From: an uncultured Spirochaetota bacterium
Lineage (GTDB): Bacteria; Spirochaetota; Spirochaetia; SZUA-6; Fen-1364
Assembly (NCBI GenBank): GCA_963734545.1
Contig: CAVTHO010000008.1
Span: forward strand, 384,001 to 448,000
Length of the DNA: 64,000 nucleotides
Direction of reading: 5' to 3'
The notes beneath the pieces are model-generated. The model had not been told where the DNA came from, did no database searches, and saw only the letters and a list, made by a program, of their open reading frames with translations. The position numbers were made by a program, and so were the translations under genes. Within the stretch, counting starts at the first letter, position 1. Each line of letters begins with the position of its first letter. Below, one piece after another: positions 62,919 through 64,000 of the stretch.

Positions 62919-64000
62919 CTACTCCTTCAATACGAGGACGCCCTTGGCAAGGAGCTCCACGCTCCCGCCGACTCTTCCCCCGGCCAGCAGGTCGGTCAGG
63001 TGCCGGGCGCCGAAATCGATCCTCACCGCCGTGTCGTTGTGATTGAGCACGAACAGGAACGATTGCCCGGCCTTGGTTCTTCGCGTGGCTTCCACGCCCG
63101 CGGGCGCACGCATGACGGACGCGACGTTTTTCTCCGCGGCCAGGAGCGCCGCCAGACGGGAGAGGAATTTTTTCTCGGGCGAGGTGGCCAGGTACCATGC
63201 GTGGCCCTTCCCGGCCGGGTTTCTCGTCAGGCACGGCATTCCCTTGTAGAAGTCAGCGCCGTATTCCGCCAGTACTTCGGCGCCTTCCGCATGGAGCAGG
63301 TCGCAGAGCAGGCCGCACTCGAATGAACCGGCCAGATTGCCGATGCCTTTCTTCATGACGATCGAGTTCTTCTGGTCCGGCAGCAGGGCGTCAATCTCCT
63401 CCACCCAGATCCCCAGCAGCTTCCGAAGCTCCCCCGGGTAGCCGCCCAGGGTCACGAGATCATTCTGGTTCACGATCCCGCTGAAGAAGGTCGTGAGCAG
63501 CGTGCCTCCCCGCTCCACGAACTCGGACAGCCGGCGGGCGACCCCCGGCTTGAGCATGTAGAGCACCGGCGCCACCACCACCTCGTACCCGGCAAGGTCC
63601 TGCTCCTCACCGACCATGTCCACGGGATAGTTCTGCGACCAGAACGCCTCGTGCCACGCGCCGACCTGCGCCACGTACTTCAGGGCGACGCTGGGGCCCG
63701 AGCTCATCTCCACGGCCCACCAGTTCTCCCAATCGAAGAGCACGGCGATCTTCGACTCCACCCGGGAATCCACCAGCACGTCCCCGAGGCCGGCAAGCTC
63801 GCGGCCGAGCGCCGCCACTTCACGGAACACGCGGGTGTTCTCGTGACCCGCGTGCGCAATGACCGCGCCGTGGTACTTCTCGCACGCCCCGCGGGACCGG
63901 CGGAGCTGGAAGAACTGCACCGTGTCGGCGCCCCGCGCAACCGCCTGCCAGCTCTGCAGCCGCATGACGCCCGGCCGCTTCAGGCTGTTGTACGGCTGCC
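62919..64000 (-). CDS. GH42 beta-galactosidase (C-terminal part; 5' outside window)
   Basis: WQAVARGADTVQFFQLRRSRGACEKYHGAVI, FDWENWWA, PVLYM, GYPGELR..GIWVEE. Confidence 0.93.
   Translation of the reverse strand, partial: QPYNSLKRPGVMRLQSWQAVARGADTVQFFQLRRSRGACEKYHGAVIAHAGHENTRVFREVAALGRELAGLGDVLVDSRVESKIAVLFDWENWWAVEMSSGPSVALKYVAQVGAWHEAFWSQNYPVDMVGEEQDLAGYEVVVAPVLYMLKPGVARRLSEFVERGGTLLTTFFSGIVNQNDLVTLGGYPGELRKLLGIWVEEIDALLPDQKNSIVMKKGIGNLAGSFECGLLCDLLHAEGAEVLAEYGADFYKGMPCLTRNPAGKGHAWYLATSPEKKFLSRLAALLAAEKNVASVMRAPAGVEATRRTKAGQSFLFVLNHNDTAVRIDFGARHLTDLLAGGRVGGSVELLAKGVLVLKE

Overview
High-GC (roughly two-thirds G+C by eye) bacterial chromosomal window, most likely from a free-living, anaerobic or aerotolerant spirochaete. 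That assignment is inferred from a PilZN3-type protein, a tandem cNMP-binding protein and a eukaryote-like hexokinase. About 55 genes can be read, many split by 1-2 bp indels that look like long-read consensus errors rather than pseudogenisation, so gene models below are stitched across frames and some ends are approximate. In order: MoxR-DUF58-transglutaminase-TPR cluster; GAF/HD-GYP phosphodiesterase; AIR-synthase-like protein; degenerate PilZN3/PilZ protein; RecQ; an orphan Phd/YefM antitoxin with twin palindromes; an StnABC-like electron-bifurcating transhydrogenase; a flavodoxin-fold reductase divergent from a sufT-C-B-D-Rieske-S-U operon that carries an IscR type-1-like operator and runs straight into 2-oxoacid dehydrogenase E1a/E1b/E2 without E3; adenylate cyclase; SOD; XRE/LysE; SDR+ALDH; Zn-ribbon MscL; ribA; qor; rpmB; a six-gene sugar operon (KdgK-like, UxuB-like, aminotransferase, hexokinase, RhaA, aldolase-SrlD-like fusion); patatin; RND pump; MFS; TolC-MacA-MacB-LTxxQ protein-TCS-arfB; PHP; DHH; cNMP protein; partial GH42. 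No rRNA, tRNA, CRISPR array, IS element or prophage was recognised. The best candidates for undescribed biology are the IscR-box SUF-E1/E2 operon within a redox-stress neighbourhood and the RhaB-less hexokinase/RhaA/aldolase-SrlD sugar pathway.
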